Shown: piece by piece, positions 38,358 to 52,289 of the stretch
Layout: each line of letters starts with the position of its first letter
Numbering within the stretch: the first letter of the stretch is position 1
Source: Octopus vulgaris
Taxonomy: Eukaryota
DNA length: 64,000 nucleotides
Direction of reading: 5' to 3'
NCBI GenBank assembly: GCA_951406725.2
Contig: OX597834.1
Coordinates: forward strand, 28,520,001-28,584,000
Notes under the pieces: generated by a model
What the model was told of the DNA's origin: nothing
Databases searched by the model: none
The model's input: the letters and a program-made list of their open reading frames with translations, nothing else
Program-made: the position numbers and the translations under genes

Positions 38358-38401
<44 letters not shown>

Positions 38402-38416
38402 CATACATGCATACAT

Positions 38417-38524
<108 letters not shown>

Positions 38525-38554
38525 CATACATATATATATATGTGTGTATATATT

Positions 38555-38636
<82 letters not shown>

Positions 38637-38969
38637 TACATATATATGATCTATAATTAATAACTGCACTGCAACATTTTAAAAATCCAATATTGACCAA
38701 TGATAATGGCGCTGTAATTTGCTATCAGATCTCTGCAAGAGACGAAGAAATCCAGTAATTGCTACCGATATATCAATCTTCGTTGAATATATCGATCACC
38801 TACTTTAGCGACTTCTGTTCCATCACCAAGGCTACCCATCTGCAGCGCGGACAATCAAAGAGACGTGAGTGAAGAGAGGGAAAAATAGATATAATAATAA
38901 ATATAATAATAATAATAACAATAATAATATTTGCGCCAAAATTATTTTATCTTGCTAACGGAAACTCCT

Positions 38970-38971
38970 TT

Positions 38972-39020
<49 letters not shown>

Positions 39021-39640
39021 GTCTCTCTCTCTCTATATATATATATCTTTCTCTCGTTCTCTCTCTCTCTCTATGTCTCTCTCTTTATATATATATATAT
39101 TTTTCTCTCGTTCTCTCTCTATATATATATATATATATCTTTCTCTCGTTCTCTCTCTCTCTCTATGTCTTTCTCTTTATATATATATATCTTTCTCTCG
39201 TTCTCTCTCTCTCTATGTCTCTCTTTTTATATATATATATCTTTCTCTCGTTCTCTCTCTCTCTCTCTATATATATATATCTCTCTTTATATATATATAT
39301 CTTTCTCTCGTTCTCTCTCTCTCTCTCTATGTCTCTCTTTATATATATATATATCTTTCTCTCGTTCTCTCTCTCTCTCTCTATGTCTCTCTCTTTATAT
39401 ATATATATATATATATCTTTCTCTCGTTCTCTCTCTCTCTCTATGTCTCTCTCTTTATATATATATCTTTCTCTCGTTCTCTCTCTCTCTCTATGTCTCT
39501 CTCTTTATATATATATATCTTTCTCTCGTTCTCTCTCTCTCTGTGTCTCTCTCTCTATATATATATATCTTTCTCTCGTTCTCTCTCTCTCTCTCTATGT
39601 CTCTCTCTCTATATATATATATCTTTCTCTCTCTCTCTCC
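38970..39640. repeat. Compound minisatellite of about 55-60 bp: (CT)n-ATGT-(CT)n-(TA)n-CTTTCTCTCGTT
   Basis: About 10 visible units. Confidence 0.9.
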
Positions 39641-40054
39641 CTCTCTCCCTCTTGTACATTCGCACACATACACACACACACAGACATATGATTCTCCATA
39701 TCTCTAACTCTCAATCTTTCTATCTTTCTTTTCATCGTTTCTTATACACTCACTTACTCCCTATCTCTTTCTCTCTCTCTCTCAACTTTCTCAAAGACCC
39801 TGTCTACCTCTTTCTTTCTTTTCTTTCTTTCTTTCTGTCTTTCTCTGAAGTTTTTTCCCTCCTTTCTACGAATTCTTTTCCCTATACATACACCCTCTCT
39901 CTCTCACTCTTCTTCTTTCTCTTCCCTTCTCTCTTTCTCTCCCCCTTTCTACCCCCCTCTCTCTCTCTCGCTTTCTAACTGCCTCCTTTCCTTCTCTTTT
40001 CTTTCTCTCCTTTCTGAACAATTCTCTCTCACTTTCTCTCAATCTATCTATTTG

Positions 40055-40129
<75 letters not shown>

Positions 40130-40165
40130 CATCTATCTATCTCATCTATCTATCTATCTACTTAG

Positions 40166-40244
<79 letters not shown>

Positions 40245-40371
40245 CTTAGCTATGTATCTATCTATTGACCTATCTATGGTAATTTCTCAGTGTATCTATC
40301 TATAGGGGTAAGTGTCTATCTACCTGCATACCAGTCTATCTACCTGTTTATCTATCACTACCTACTTACCG

Positions 40372-40459
<88 letters not shown>

Positions 40460-40461
<2 letters not shown>

Positions 40462-40595
40462 TTTTTCTTTTCTTTTTCCTTTTTTTACGATCCCTTTTGA
40501 TCGAAAACCTCCCCCCTTTTTTCTCCCCAAAAAGAAAAGCTCTACTTTGTAACTTGTCCCCTCTGTGTTCAGCCCTGTGTGGCTAATAAAGAAAC

Positions 40596-40597
<2 letters not shown>
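40460..40597 (+). mobile_element. 3' end of the (GATA)n-inserted retroelement (probable Tx1)
   Basis: It has (CTAT)n on both sides and ends cagccctgtgtggctaataaagaaaca. Confidence 0.78.
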
Positions 40598-40670
<73 letters not shown>

Positions 40671-41037
40671 ATCTATTTCTCTGTCTGTTTATTCACCTTT
40701 CCAATTATATTTCGATATATTCTCTCCACCTACCCGCCCAAACACCCACACACACCCACACACCCTCCCACACACGTTGTCACTGTAAAGCGATACAATG
40801 ATACCATAATCTTTCATTAATCGATCACCAAAAATAAATAACTCATTAACTGACATCAATTATGTCTTATGTGTCTGTGTGTATGCGTATGTAGATCTGT
40901 ATATTATCATGCATATGTGCGTATGCAAGCGGGTAGCTGCGCGCGTCTTTGTGTTAGAGTGTGCTTGTGTGTGTTCGGATATACAAGGTGGGCCAAAAGT
41001 CACGCACCAAAACATTTGACGTTCTATTTATAATATA

Positions 41038-41906
41038 CTAGCAGTATAGCCCGGCGTTGCCCGGGTATGTAAGAGCCCCCTAGTAGGCAACGACTAATCC
41101 CAATCTAGTCCTTCCCTCTAGGGAACGAAGGCATATGTGTAGGTTGAAATGTCTTCTCTTCACTCCAATACTTCTGTGTATTCGATGTTCCTAGCTGTCC
41201 CTTTGGGCGAAAATATGAAAACATCATTGCGCCTCCCAACGCGTGAACAGCCCACGAAGAGTTGACCGTGGGCGAAGCACTGTTCGCCCAACTGTAACCC
41301 AGCGACTTGTAGCGTTTGGCCTTGGGATTTATTGATGGACATTGCGAAGCAGAGTTTAACAGGAAACTGAGAACGCCTGAAGTGGATTGGTAGGTCAGCG
41401 CCCGACGGTTGAAGGTGCATGCGTGGAATGAAGACGTCCTCTCCCTTCCCACAACCGGTAAGTATTGTGGCCGTTATTAAATGTGGTGGCAAATGTTTCA
41501 CAACCAGACGTGTGCCGTTGCACTGTTTAGGTGGAACCAAATTCCTGATGAGCATAATGGGCGCACCGACTTTTAACTTCAGGATGTGTGGCGGCAGGCC
41601 TGGCGGTTCAAGTGAATTCAGGAATTCAACAGGATAATCGGCAAGCTCGGCGGGGTCTGCTGTCCTATCAATAGATTTGTAGACTTGGACATCACCAGGA
41701 ATAGCTTCAAGTAGCTGGATATTGATGGAGTTGAGAGTTAAAAAGGTCGAGTTGCGTTCCCTAGACAGTCTGTGGTTTGTGTTTCTGATTCTCGACCCCA
41801 TGTCGAATTTATTGATTTTTTTCAGAACTGGTGGAACTTTTCAAAACTTTTGCTGCGTTAGTTTTGAATTATGACATTGGGCTATGTGTGTGTCAAGTTT
41901 CATCAG
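41038..41906 (-). mobile_element. Helitron deletion derivative carrying the C-terminal PIF1-type helicase part of RepHel
   Basis: ORF 41160-41801 reads FLNSLEPPGLPPHILKLKVGAPIMLIRNL...CNGTRL...QFPVKLCFAMSINKSQGQTL...FAHGQLFVGCSRV...NIEYTEVL. The 3' hairpin CCCGGGCAACGCCGGG is followed by CTAG|T. The extreme 5' end is missing. Confidence 0.93.
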
Positions 41907-42215
41907 TATAAATGGACCAATTCTGAGGTTTCGCCTGTAATTGAAAAAGGTATTATAAAAGGAGAAAGAGGCTCTCTACCCCCCCTTTTGACCAGGCTCC
42001 CGTTGGCTTTTTATGGGGTTTTTTCAACCAGGAACCTTTCATAACGCCTCCCCCTATTGGAAGATTTTCGTTGTTATATTATTTGATTGTTACACTGTTT
42101 TTACACGATTTTTTTCACAAACGGACAAAACCCTTTGTAACCTTTCGTCCTGTTTTGTCCCTTTATGTTTTCCAATCATGTTTGTCAGCCCTTGTGGCCA
42201 ATAAAAATAATTAAT
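41907..42215 (+). mobile_element. Probable Tx1-type LINE 3' end, different subfamily
   Basis: It ends ctttgtaacc...ttgtccc...cagcccttgtggccaataaaaata, resembling the GATA-associated ends, but is followed by AAT/TTA repeats. Confidence 0.5.
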
Positions 42216-42553
42216 TATTATCATTATTATTCATTTTGCACATCGTGCACGAGTACTCGTGTATTTATCATATTTTATTTATTTTATTCAATGTTAGAAT
42301 CAACTAGAATAATTCCCAGGTCCGTTCTGATCCGGAACTGTCAAGGTCCCGTCAAGGTCCCGTCAAGGTCCCGTCTATGGGTTAAATACATTTTTGCAAA
42401 GGCAGATTGAGTTCCTTAGCTGCGTTGATAACAACCAATCTAGGAGAAAGAAAACTCTATAAATTAATACCCTCTTCCAGCATACCCTAAGTGAGCCCTG
42501 AAGAGTATGGATGATGAAACTAACATGAGGTATGTTTAATAACATAGATACAT

Positions 42554-42965
42554 AGGCGCAGGAGTGGCTGTGTGGTAAGTAGCTTGCTAACCAACCACAT
42601 GGTTCTGGGTTCAGTCCCACTGCGTGGCATCTTGGGAAAGTGTCTTCTGCTATAGCCCCGGGCCGACCAATGCCTTGTGAGTGGATTTGATAGATGGAAA
42701 CTGAAAGAAGCCTGTCGTATATATGTATGTATATATATGTATGTGTGTGTATGTATTTGTGTGTCTGTGTTTGTCCCCCTAGCATTGCTTGACAACCGAT
42801 GCTGGTGTGTTTACGTCCCTGTCACTTAGCGGTTCGGCAAAAGAGACCGATAGAATAAGTACTGGGCTTACAAAGAATAAGTCCCGGGGTCGATTTGCTC
42901 GACTAAAGGCGGTGCTCCAGCATGGCCGCAGTCAAATGACTGAAACAAGTAAAAGAGGAAAGAGT
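42554..42965 (+). mobile_element. SINE family A, full length
   Basis: Family match from head to tail. Confidence 0.93.
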
Positions 42966-43256
42966 ACGTACTTTGGAAGCAGCTACTAGGTCCGAGCTGA
43001 CGGCAGTACCTGTCGAGACCCCATCTTTGGGTTAAATGAATTTTTGTAAGGGGAGATTGAGCACCTTAGCTCAATAGCTCAATCTATAGTGAAACAAATC
43101 AGTCTAAGCAACAGAAAACTCCAAAGTTATTAGCCTCTCCGAACATGCCATATGCTACCATGGACGAGCATGGCTGATGAAACAGCCATGAGGTGAATCT
43201 AATTACATAGGTTCGATGACGGGTTCGATTGCTAATCAAATGTAATTGTGAGGAGA

Positions 43257-43778
43257 TCTCTCTATATATAAACGGCAGTTTGTCTGTCTGTGTGTCTGTG
43301 TGTCTGTCAGGATGTACCCTCACCCTGACCACAGCTTTCAACCGATTCTGATAAAACTTGACACACACATAGCCCAATGTCATAATTAAAAACTAACGCA
43401 GCGAAAATTTTGAAAAGTTCCCCCAGTTCTGAAAAAATCGATAAATTCGACATGGGGTCGAGAATCTAAGCTTTTTATATGCAACACATTTTCTGTTGTA
43501 GTTTTCGCAACTTGCAATCGATTTTCACCAAACTCATGGTGAAGCTTAATGTTACCCTAAGAAACTTAATTCTGACGTTAGTTTTCCATGCAATACCTTA
43601 CCATCAGAAAAAATCGATAAATTCATGCCATTTTGGGAAATCGCGTTCAAATTCAAGATGACATATTTTCGACAATATCTTTCTCAAATTGGCAGGAATC
43701 TTTTTTAAATTCACAGCGAGCATCATGTCTGTTCCAGGGGCTCTTACATAACCGGGCAATGCCGGGCTATGCTGCTAG
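43257..43778 (+). mobile_element. Non-autonomous Helitron, same family as 41038-41906
   Basis: A|TCTCTCTATATATAAA ... CCGGGCAATGCCGGG-ctatgctg-CTAG|T. 43345-43465 is the inverse of 41788-41906. Confidence 0.9.
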
Positions 43779-43786
43779 TATAACAT

Positions 43787-44015
43787 ATATTTCTTTACTA
43801 CCCACAAGGGGCTAAACACAGAGAGGACAAACAAGGACAGACAAACGGATTAAGTCGATTACATCGACCCCAGTGCGTAACTGGTACTTAATTTATCGAC
43901 CCCGAAAGGATGAAAGGCAAAGTCGACCACGGCGGAATTTGAACTCACAACGTAACGGCAGACGAAATACGGCTACGCATTTCGCCCAGCGTGCTAACGT
44001 TTCTGCCAGCTCGCC
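43787..44015 (-). mobile_element. SINE family C, full length
   Basis: Family match. It is joined directly to a SINE A 3' half (44018-44205, +). Confidence 0.92.
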
Positions 44016-44289
44016 ATAATGCTTGACAACCGATGCTGGTGTGTTTACGTCCCCGTCACTTAGCGGTTCGGCAAAAGAGACCGATAGAATAAGTACTGGG
44101 CTTACAAAAGAATAAGTCCCGGGGTCGAGTTGCTCGATTAAAGGCGGTGCTCCAGCATGGCCGCAGTCAAATGACTGAAACAAGTAAAAGAGTAAAAGAG
44201 AGAGAGTAATTTAAAAATAAAAACAGTTATCGGGTATTTTCCTCGGATTTTTCTCAAATTTCAATCACAAACGCATGGATTACCATCAT

Positions 44290-45076
44290 ATTTTTCTTTC
44301 CCTCTTCCTTTCCCTCCTTCCTTCTTTCTTCTTTATTTGTTGATTTATTTCCTCGTTCCTTCCTTTCTTTACTTTCTTCTTTCTTTCTTTCTCTCTCTTA
44401 TTTTTGCTCTTTCGATCTTCCATTGTTCCTTTATTTTAAATCTTCCTTCTCCTTTGTTTCTTCTATTCTCCTTCGTTCTTCATTCATTCGTTCTTTCATA
44501 CTTTCTCCTTCCCTCCTCTCTTTTCTTCCTCCCTTCTTTCATTCTGTTTCCCTCTTTCTTTCATTCTTTCTTTCTTTCATTCAATCACCTATTCATTCAT
44601 TCATTCATTCATTCATTCATTCATTCATTTATTCATACTTTCTTTCGCTCTTTTTCCATTCTTTATTTTATCTTTCTCCTTTACCTTTTCTTATTTCATT
44701 CATTTTTTCTTTCTCTCGCTCTCTTTCTTTCTTTCTTTCTTTCTTTCTTTCCTTTCTTCTTCCTTTCACTATCTTTCTTCCTCTTTCATTCTCGCTTTCT
44801 CTCGCACTTTCGCTCTTTATTTTCATCTTTCTCCTTTGCTTCTTTCTCCCTTCCTTCATCTTTCATTCATTCATTCATTTTTTCAATCATTCAATCTGTA
44901 TTTCTTTCTTTCTTTTCCTGCTTTCGTTTTTCTTTCTTTCTTTCTTTTATTTTCTTTCTTTCCTTTCTTTCCTTTCTTTCTTTTTTTAATTTTCTTTCTT
45001 CCTTTCCTTTCTTTGCTTTCTTTCTTTCTTCCTTCCTTCCTTTCTTTCTTTCTTTCATTATTTTCTTTCTTTCTTC

Positions 45077-45147
<71 letters not shown>

Positions 45148-45166
45148 TCCTTTCTTTTCTTTCTTT

Positions 45167-45198
<32 letters not shown>

Positions 45199-46512
45199 TT
45201 TTTCTTTCTTCCTTCCGTTCTTTCTTTCTTTCTTTCTTTTATATCCCATGCTGTTTTGTTGTTCTAATTATAATTGTTTCATTTGTTGTGCTCATGGTTG
45301 TTGTGGTTACGGTGGCAGCCGTCGCTGTCTCTTTTGTTAATGTTGTTAGTGTTGCTGTTGTTGTTGTTGTTGTTGTTAGTGTTGTTGTTGTTGTTGTTGT
45401 TGTTGTTGAGATAACTAAAACTGAAGTACTTCAGCAAAATACATCCAGTGGATTTTGTGTACGTTTCAGCCATCACATAAGTGTGTGTATCTGTGCGTAT
45501 GTATGTGTCTATGTACGTGTGTATGCGTGTGTATGTCGTCATTATGTGTGTGTATGCGTCTCTATGCATGCATGCTTGTGTGTTTGTGTATCTGCGCGTG
45601 TGTATGTATGTGTATACGTATCTGAACGAACGTACGTAGTTGTGTACGTGCGTATGTGCATGTGTATGTAAGTGTGTGTATGTGTGTATGTGCATGTGTA
45701 TGCGTTATTGCACGTGTGTGTGTGTATGTGCAAGCACGTGTATATGTATATATGTGTGTATGCGTGCATATTTGTGTGTGTATGTGTGTGGGAATTTTTA
45801 TGTATTTGTACATGTATGTATCTGTGTGTGCGTGTGTACGGTGTCTATGTATATGTATATATGTGTGTATGTGTGCGTATGTGTATGAATTTTTATGCAT
45901 GTGTACATGTATGCACCTGTGTGTGTGTGTGTATGGTCTCTATGTATATGTATATATGTGCATGTGTGCGTATGTGTGTGTATGCGTGTGCTGACGTTTA
46001 TGTTTAGGTGAGTAAGTGTTTGTATGTGTGTATGTGTATGTGTGTTTACATGCACGGACGTGCGTCCGCGTGCATGTTTGAACATGTGTGTGTGTGCGTG
46101 TGTGTGTCTGTGTGTGCGTGTGTGTGTGTGTGAGTGTGTGTGATTGCGTGTGCATGTGTGTACGGATCTTTAATCTCAATGTGACATCGGAACATCAGAG
46201 AGAAACGTATCTCATGTTTCCTTCATCTTGGATACAAATTCAACCTGCTTCTAAAAGAAAAGAAGGAAAAAGAGTTATACACACATACCTACACATCTTT
46301 ATATATAAAGGAATCTTGAATTGAAACTGAATAATTATATATATACTTAGCGGTTCGGCAAAAGAGACCGATAGAATAAGTACTGGGCTTACAAAGAATA
46401 AGTCCCAGGGTCGATTTGCTCGACTAAAGGCGGTGCTCCAGCATGGCCGCAGTCAAATGACTGAAACAAGTAAAAGAGTAAAAGAGTAAAAGAGTAAAAG
46501 AGTATGTGTATG

Positions 46513-46569
<57 letters not shown>

Positions 46570-47960
46570 ATATGTATGTACAGCTATCTGTATGTATGTA
46601 TGTATGTATGTATGTATGTATGTATGTATGAATGTATGTATGAATGAATGTATGTATGTATGTATGTATGAATGTATGTATGTATGAATGTATGTATGAA
46701 TGTATGTATGAATGTATGTATGTATGAATGTATGTATGTATGTATGTATGTATGTATGAATGTATGTATGTATGAATGTATGTATGTATGTATGTATGAA
46801 TGTATGTATGAATGAATGTATGTATGTATGTATGTATGAATGTATGTATGTATAGAATGTATGTATGTATGTATGTATGTATGTATGTATGTATGTATGT
46901 ATGTATGTATGTATGTATGAATGTATGTATGAATGAATGTATGTATGTATGTATGTATGTATGTATGTATGTATGAATGTATGTATGTATGTATGTATGT
47001 ATGTATGTATGTATGAATGTATGTATGATGTGTGTGTGTGTGTGTGTATGTATAATGTATGTATGTATGTATGTATGTATGTATGTATGTATGTATGTAT
47101 GTATGTATGTATGTATGTATGTATGAATGTATGTATGTATGTATGTATGTATGTATGTATGTATGTATGTATGAATGTATGTATGAATGTATGTATGTAT
47201 GTATGTATGTATGTATGTATGTATGAATGTATGTATGTATGTATGTATGTATGAATGTATGTATGAATGAATGTATGTATGTATGTATGAATGTATGTAT
47301 GTATGTATGTATGTATGTATGTATGTATGTATGTATGTATGTATGTATGAATGTATGTATGTATGAATGTATGTATGTATGTATGTATGTATGTATGTAT
47401 GTATGTATGAATGTATGTATGTATGTATGTATGTATGAATGTATGTATGTATGTATGTATGAATGTATGTATGAATGTATGTATGTATGAATGTATGTAT
47501 GTATGTATGTATGAATGTATGTATGTATGTATGTATGTATGTATGTATGTATGAATGAATGTATGTATGTATGTATGTATGAATGTATGTATGAATGAAT
47601 GTATGTATGTATGTATGTATGAATGTATGTATGTATGAATGTATGTATGTATGTATGTATGTATGTATGTATGTATGTATGTATGTATGAATGTATGTAT
47701 GTATGAATGTATGTATGTATGTATGTATGTATGTATGTATGTATGTTGTATGTGTGTATGTATGTATGTATGTATGTATGTATGTATGTATGAATGAATG
47801 TATGTATGTATGTATGTATGAATGTATGTATGTATGAATGTATGTATGTATGTATGTATGAATGTATGTATGATTAAAACATGTATAGAATTTATTTCCA
47901 ATAATGGCGAACTAAGTAGCTTGAATCGATTGTGTATTGATTGTATGTATGTGCGTGCGT

Positions 47961-47991
<31 letters not shown>

Positions 47992-48164
47992 GTATGTGTG
48001 TTGGGGTGAGAATAGCGTTTGAGTTTGCGTTTAATTTGCGTATCTGGGAATTTCTGCTTGGACATGTCTGTTCGTATGTATGTATGTATGTATGTATGTA
48101 TGTATGTATGTATGTATGTATGTATGTATGTATGTATGTATGTATGTATGTATGTATGTATGTG

Positions 48165-48199
<35 letters not shown>

Positions 48200-48259
48200 T
48201 TGGTCCTTTGCATGTTTCCTAATGCATGTAAGAGGGCGAAAAATATTATCCAAGTTCAC

Positions 48260-48318
<59 letters not shown>

Positions 48319-48320
48319 CA
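44290..48320. repeat. Microsatellite complex: (CTTT)n, (GTT)n, (TG)n, and about 1.3 kb of (TATG/AATG)n at 46590-47870
   Basis: Directly visible. It contains a SINE A 3' fragment at 46346-46503. Confidence 0.92.
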
Positions 48321-48754
48321 CATGAATGTATGTTCGTCCTTTACTCGGAATTTTTTTCCCTCAGATTTCTAATATCATTTTTTCATGCTTTCGAATATTT
48401 AGAAAAAAAGTCGTATAAGTATGAAAGCTTGTATTGAAATAATCAGTGTATGACTTAACCTATGAAACGAAGTTCAACAAATTCATTCATATTTATGAAA
48501 TGAAGGAGATTGGATGTTAAAATGGTTTATAGTTTTTAGTTTTCATATTCCTATACAATTGTTTCCTACAATTGGACCAAGATAGTCATAAATAGAACAT
48601 CGTAATAGTCAAATTTGTATTCTTCAGTGGGTAATATTTAAAGGAAAATAAAAAGACGTTTTTTTAGTTATCATTTTAGGGGATATATATATAAATTCCT
48701 TCTTGCAGTCACGCTTTATATATTTATATACATATATATATATAGTATTATATA

Positions 48755-49200
48755 TCCATCACGGCTGATGTTACCAATCGGTTTCACGCAAGGAATACAA
48801 TGGAGTGTTAGGTAACAATCCGATAATATAACATTTCGCTCATCAGAGCTAGTCGTTAAGGAAGGGAAATGGTGACTGTTCTCTATTGTCGGAGATGGAT
48901 TAACACAACAGGTCAGCGGTTGCTTTGAAAAGGGGTGGTGGAACTAAAAAGGGCCAGGGGTTTATCTTAGGAGTTATGCTCCTAGGTTAGGTATGCTGTA
49001 AGGGCGGTAAGAGTTATCTTAAAGCGTTTGTGGTGTGAAGTGTGGATTATTAAATGTGGTGTTCCTGCAGGGATGGGGTGTGTGATATGTGTAGTGGTGT
49101 CATGTGCATAATTTTTTCCCGGGGTTGTAGATATATAAATGGCTGCGTTCATTGGTCTTTTTTCCTTGGATAATATCTTTCGCCCTCATACAAGCAATGC
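48755..49200 (-). mobile_element. Penelope-like terminal fragment with a hammerhead-like motif (48766-48850)
   Basis: The minus strand reads CTGATGA-GCG..long loop..CGT-GAAAC-CGATTG-GTA, and stem I is weak. It lies next to TA-rich sequence. Confidence 0.5.
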
Positions 49201-49484
49201 AAAGCACTACATTTGCATGCATACATACATACATACATACATACATACGAAGAAATGAAGGTGGTAGAGGCTTGAGATCAGTGCAGACGGCCTTCGAATG
49301 TATGTATGTATGTATATATATATATTTAAGTATGTGAATGAATTATCTTAGTATTGATAATTCGGTTAATCGATACCTGGGTTGCAAATTCACGTCAGCA
49401 GACACGGTTGAAGCTACATGCCAAGGGCAGAAACCCCGTGTTCCTGTGTGGTAATTTGTGTGTTTTTTTTTATATGAATAAATG

Positions 49485-49716
49485 AAAGAATGGAGTCGAA
49501 CGAAGATTTTAACAAAATTCCTTTACTCTCAACACATGTTTCGAAGACTGCATACTCTTAATTCCGAAGGAATAAAGGGTACATTATGCCGTCTTCTCAT
49601 CAGGAAAGACAAGGAACCTCTATCAGCCTCAAGACGAACAAAAACTTTTTGATGACTGCCTACATGATGTCCACAGTGATAAATTTTGTTAAAATCTTCG
49701 TTCGACTCCATTCTTT
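49485..49716 (-). mobile_element. Penelope-like unit bounded by a perfect 35-bp inverted repeat
   Basis: aaagaatggagtcgaacgaagattttaacaaaatt (49485-49519) and its exact reverse complement (49682-49716) enclose a hammerhead. Confidence 0.75.
49526..49608 (-). ncRNA. Type I minimal hammerhead ribozyme
   Basis: CUUUC-CUGAUGA-GAAGAC(g)GCAUA...UAUGC(a)GUCUUC-GAAAC-AUGU-GUU^GAGAG. The core is complete, stem I has 5 bp and stem II has 6+5 bp. Confidence 0.82.
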
Positions 49717-49722
49717 AATTTA

Positions 49723-50232
<510 letters not shown>

Positions 50233-50338
50233 TTGTAGTTTTTTTTAACAGTTACTTGTAATCATTAAAGCAACGATGACTAAGATAGGTTTCCATGTAG
50301 ATATGTGTATATGTGTATCTATTACTATATATATATAC

Positions 50339-50407
<69 letters not shown>

Positions 50408-50607
50408 TGCGTGTGTACATGTATGCGCATGTGTGTGTATGAATGTGTTTGCGTATGTGTGAATGTGTGTATGTGTCTGTTAGCTGGCGGCTACTCGAGT
50501 AATCTCTTCAGTAAATCCACCCTGTGTTTTGACTAATCCATATGATGAATGTACTTCAGGGCAACTGATTCTTATACCTACCCCACTCCCACCTCCACTC
50601 ATACACA

Positions 50608-50638
<31 letters not shown>

Positions 50639-50737
50639 TCATATATCGGTGTGTGTGAGTGTGTGTATGTGTATGTGTGTGTGTGCATGCGCACATATGC
50701 ACAGAAGGGATGTTTAGGATCGTATAGATTTGCGATG

Positions 50738-51050
50738 CTGGTGGTGGTTGTGGTGGTGGAAGTGGCGGCGGTGGCGGTGGCGGTGGTGGTGGTGGTGGTG
50801 GTGGTGGTGGTCGTTGTGGTGGTGGTGGTGGTGGTGGTGGCGGTGGAGGTGGTGGCGGTGGCGGTGGTGGTGGTCGTCGTCGTGGTGGTGGTGGTGGTGG
50901 TGGTGGTGGTGGCGGCGGCGGCGGTGGTGGTGGTGGTGGAGGCGGCGGCGGCGGCGGCGGTGGTGGTGGCGGTGGTGGTGGCGGTGGTGGTGGTGATTGA
51001 TGTGTCAGAGATAGTGACGTACTGATGGAGGTGGTGGTGATGGTGATGGT
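50738..51050. repeat. (GGT/GGC)n trinucleotide tract
   Basis: Directly visible. Confidence 0.9.
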
Positions 51051-51238
51051 ATTTTTTTTTCGTCGGCGGTTATGTCGGTGGAGGTGCGAGAACAATAGTC
51101 ATCGCTGAGAGAAGAGAGGGAGAGAAAGAAGAAAAGAGAGAGAGAGAGAGAGAGAGGGAGGGGGAGTGCCTCTTGCCGTTCTGGTCCCTTCTGTAGATGA
51201 TGTAGGGGCAAAGGGACATCATTGGTATTATTGCAGTT

Positions 51239-51332
<94 letters not shown>

Positions 51333-51333
<1 letters not shown>

Positions 51334-51500
51334 AGGAACAGGAATGGCTGTTTGGTAAGTAGCTTGCTTACCAACCACATGGTTCCGGGTTCAGTCCCAC
51401 ATTGTGGCATCTTGTGCAAGTATCTTCCACCATAGCCCCGGGCCGACCAAAGCCTTGTGAGTGGATTTGGTAGACAGAAACTGGAAGAAACCCGTCGTAT
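51333..51500 (+). mobile_element. SINE family A, 5' half
   Basis: Head through to the internal microsatellite. Confidence 0.88.
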
Positions 51501-51509
51501 ATATGTATG

Positions 51510-51547
<38 letters not shown>

Positions 51548-51551
<4 letters not shown>

Positions 51552-52020
51552 CTTGTGCTACACTAGTATGTGAAACCACCTCTGATACGTGGTATTTGGT
51601 CAACAAGGGAGTTCGACGCCGCTGCCCGCATCTGTGTTTCCTGCCGAGAGGTAGGTTCATCTGGGATCCCTGGCAAGAAGAGATCGAGTTTAGTTTTAAA
51701 GAAACCCACATCCACACCATGCAGGTCTCTCAGGCATTTAGGAAGGATATTGAAGAGCTGTGGTCCCCTGAAATCCAAGCTGTTGCAGTATCTAGTCCTG
51801 TATTTTGATGGTGATGTTGGGATCTTTGGCACCATGTAGTGGCGCCCCGTTCTGCTTTTGGTGTAACTTTCAATGACAAAATTTGGGACAAGACCCTCCT
51901 GGATTTTCCAGATGTATATCACTGCATATCTCTCCCGCCTTCGCTCCAGGGAGAAAAGTTTTAATACTTTCAGTCTTTCCCAGTAGCTGATATGTTGCAT
52001 TGAGACGATCTTCTTAGATG
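51548..52020 (-). mobile_element. CR1/Jockey-group LINE 3' end
   Basis: SYWERLKVLKLFSLERRRERYAVIYIWKI.EGLVPN...GPQLFNILPKCLRDL..VD...FKTKLDLFL..IPDEP, then a stop and a short tail into (TA)n. Confidence 0.88.
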
Positions 52021-52289
52021 CTCTTCCACGCACTTTCAGTCAATCAAATCTCTCAGAAGAGATTGGTCGGCCTGGTGCTATAGTAGGAGATGCTTAGCCA
52101 AGGTGGTGTGCAGTGGAAACTGAACCTGAAATTATATGGTTGCAAAGAGAACTTCTTAACAAACACATTTGTATGGTTGTGTGTGCGTGAGTATGATTAT
52201 GTTTGTGTGTGTGTGTGTTTGCGTGTGCGTGAGTATGCTTGTTGGTGTGTGTGTGTGTGTGTCTGTGTGTGTGTTTGTGTATGTGTGTA

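Noticed and set aside
38729-38870. Possible exon between a tatcag acceptor and a gtgagt donor
   Set aside because: There are stops in all three frames and the polypyrimidine tract is weak. At most it is a non-coding exon, with no support.
41160-41801. Host PIF1 helicase gene
   Set aside because: It is partial, intronless and bounded by Helitron termini, so it is RepHel-derived.
43168-43190. Plus-strand hairpin catggctg-atgaaa-cagccatg containing CTGATGA and GAAAC
   Set aside because: The two motifs overlap with no stem II and no NUH site, so it cannot form a hammerhead.
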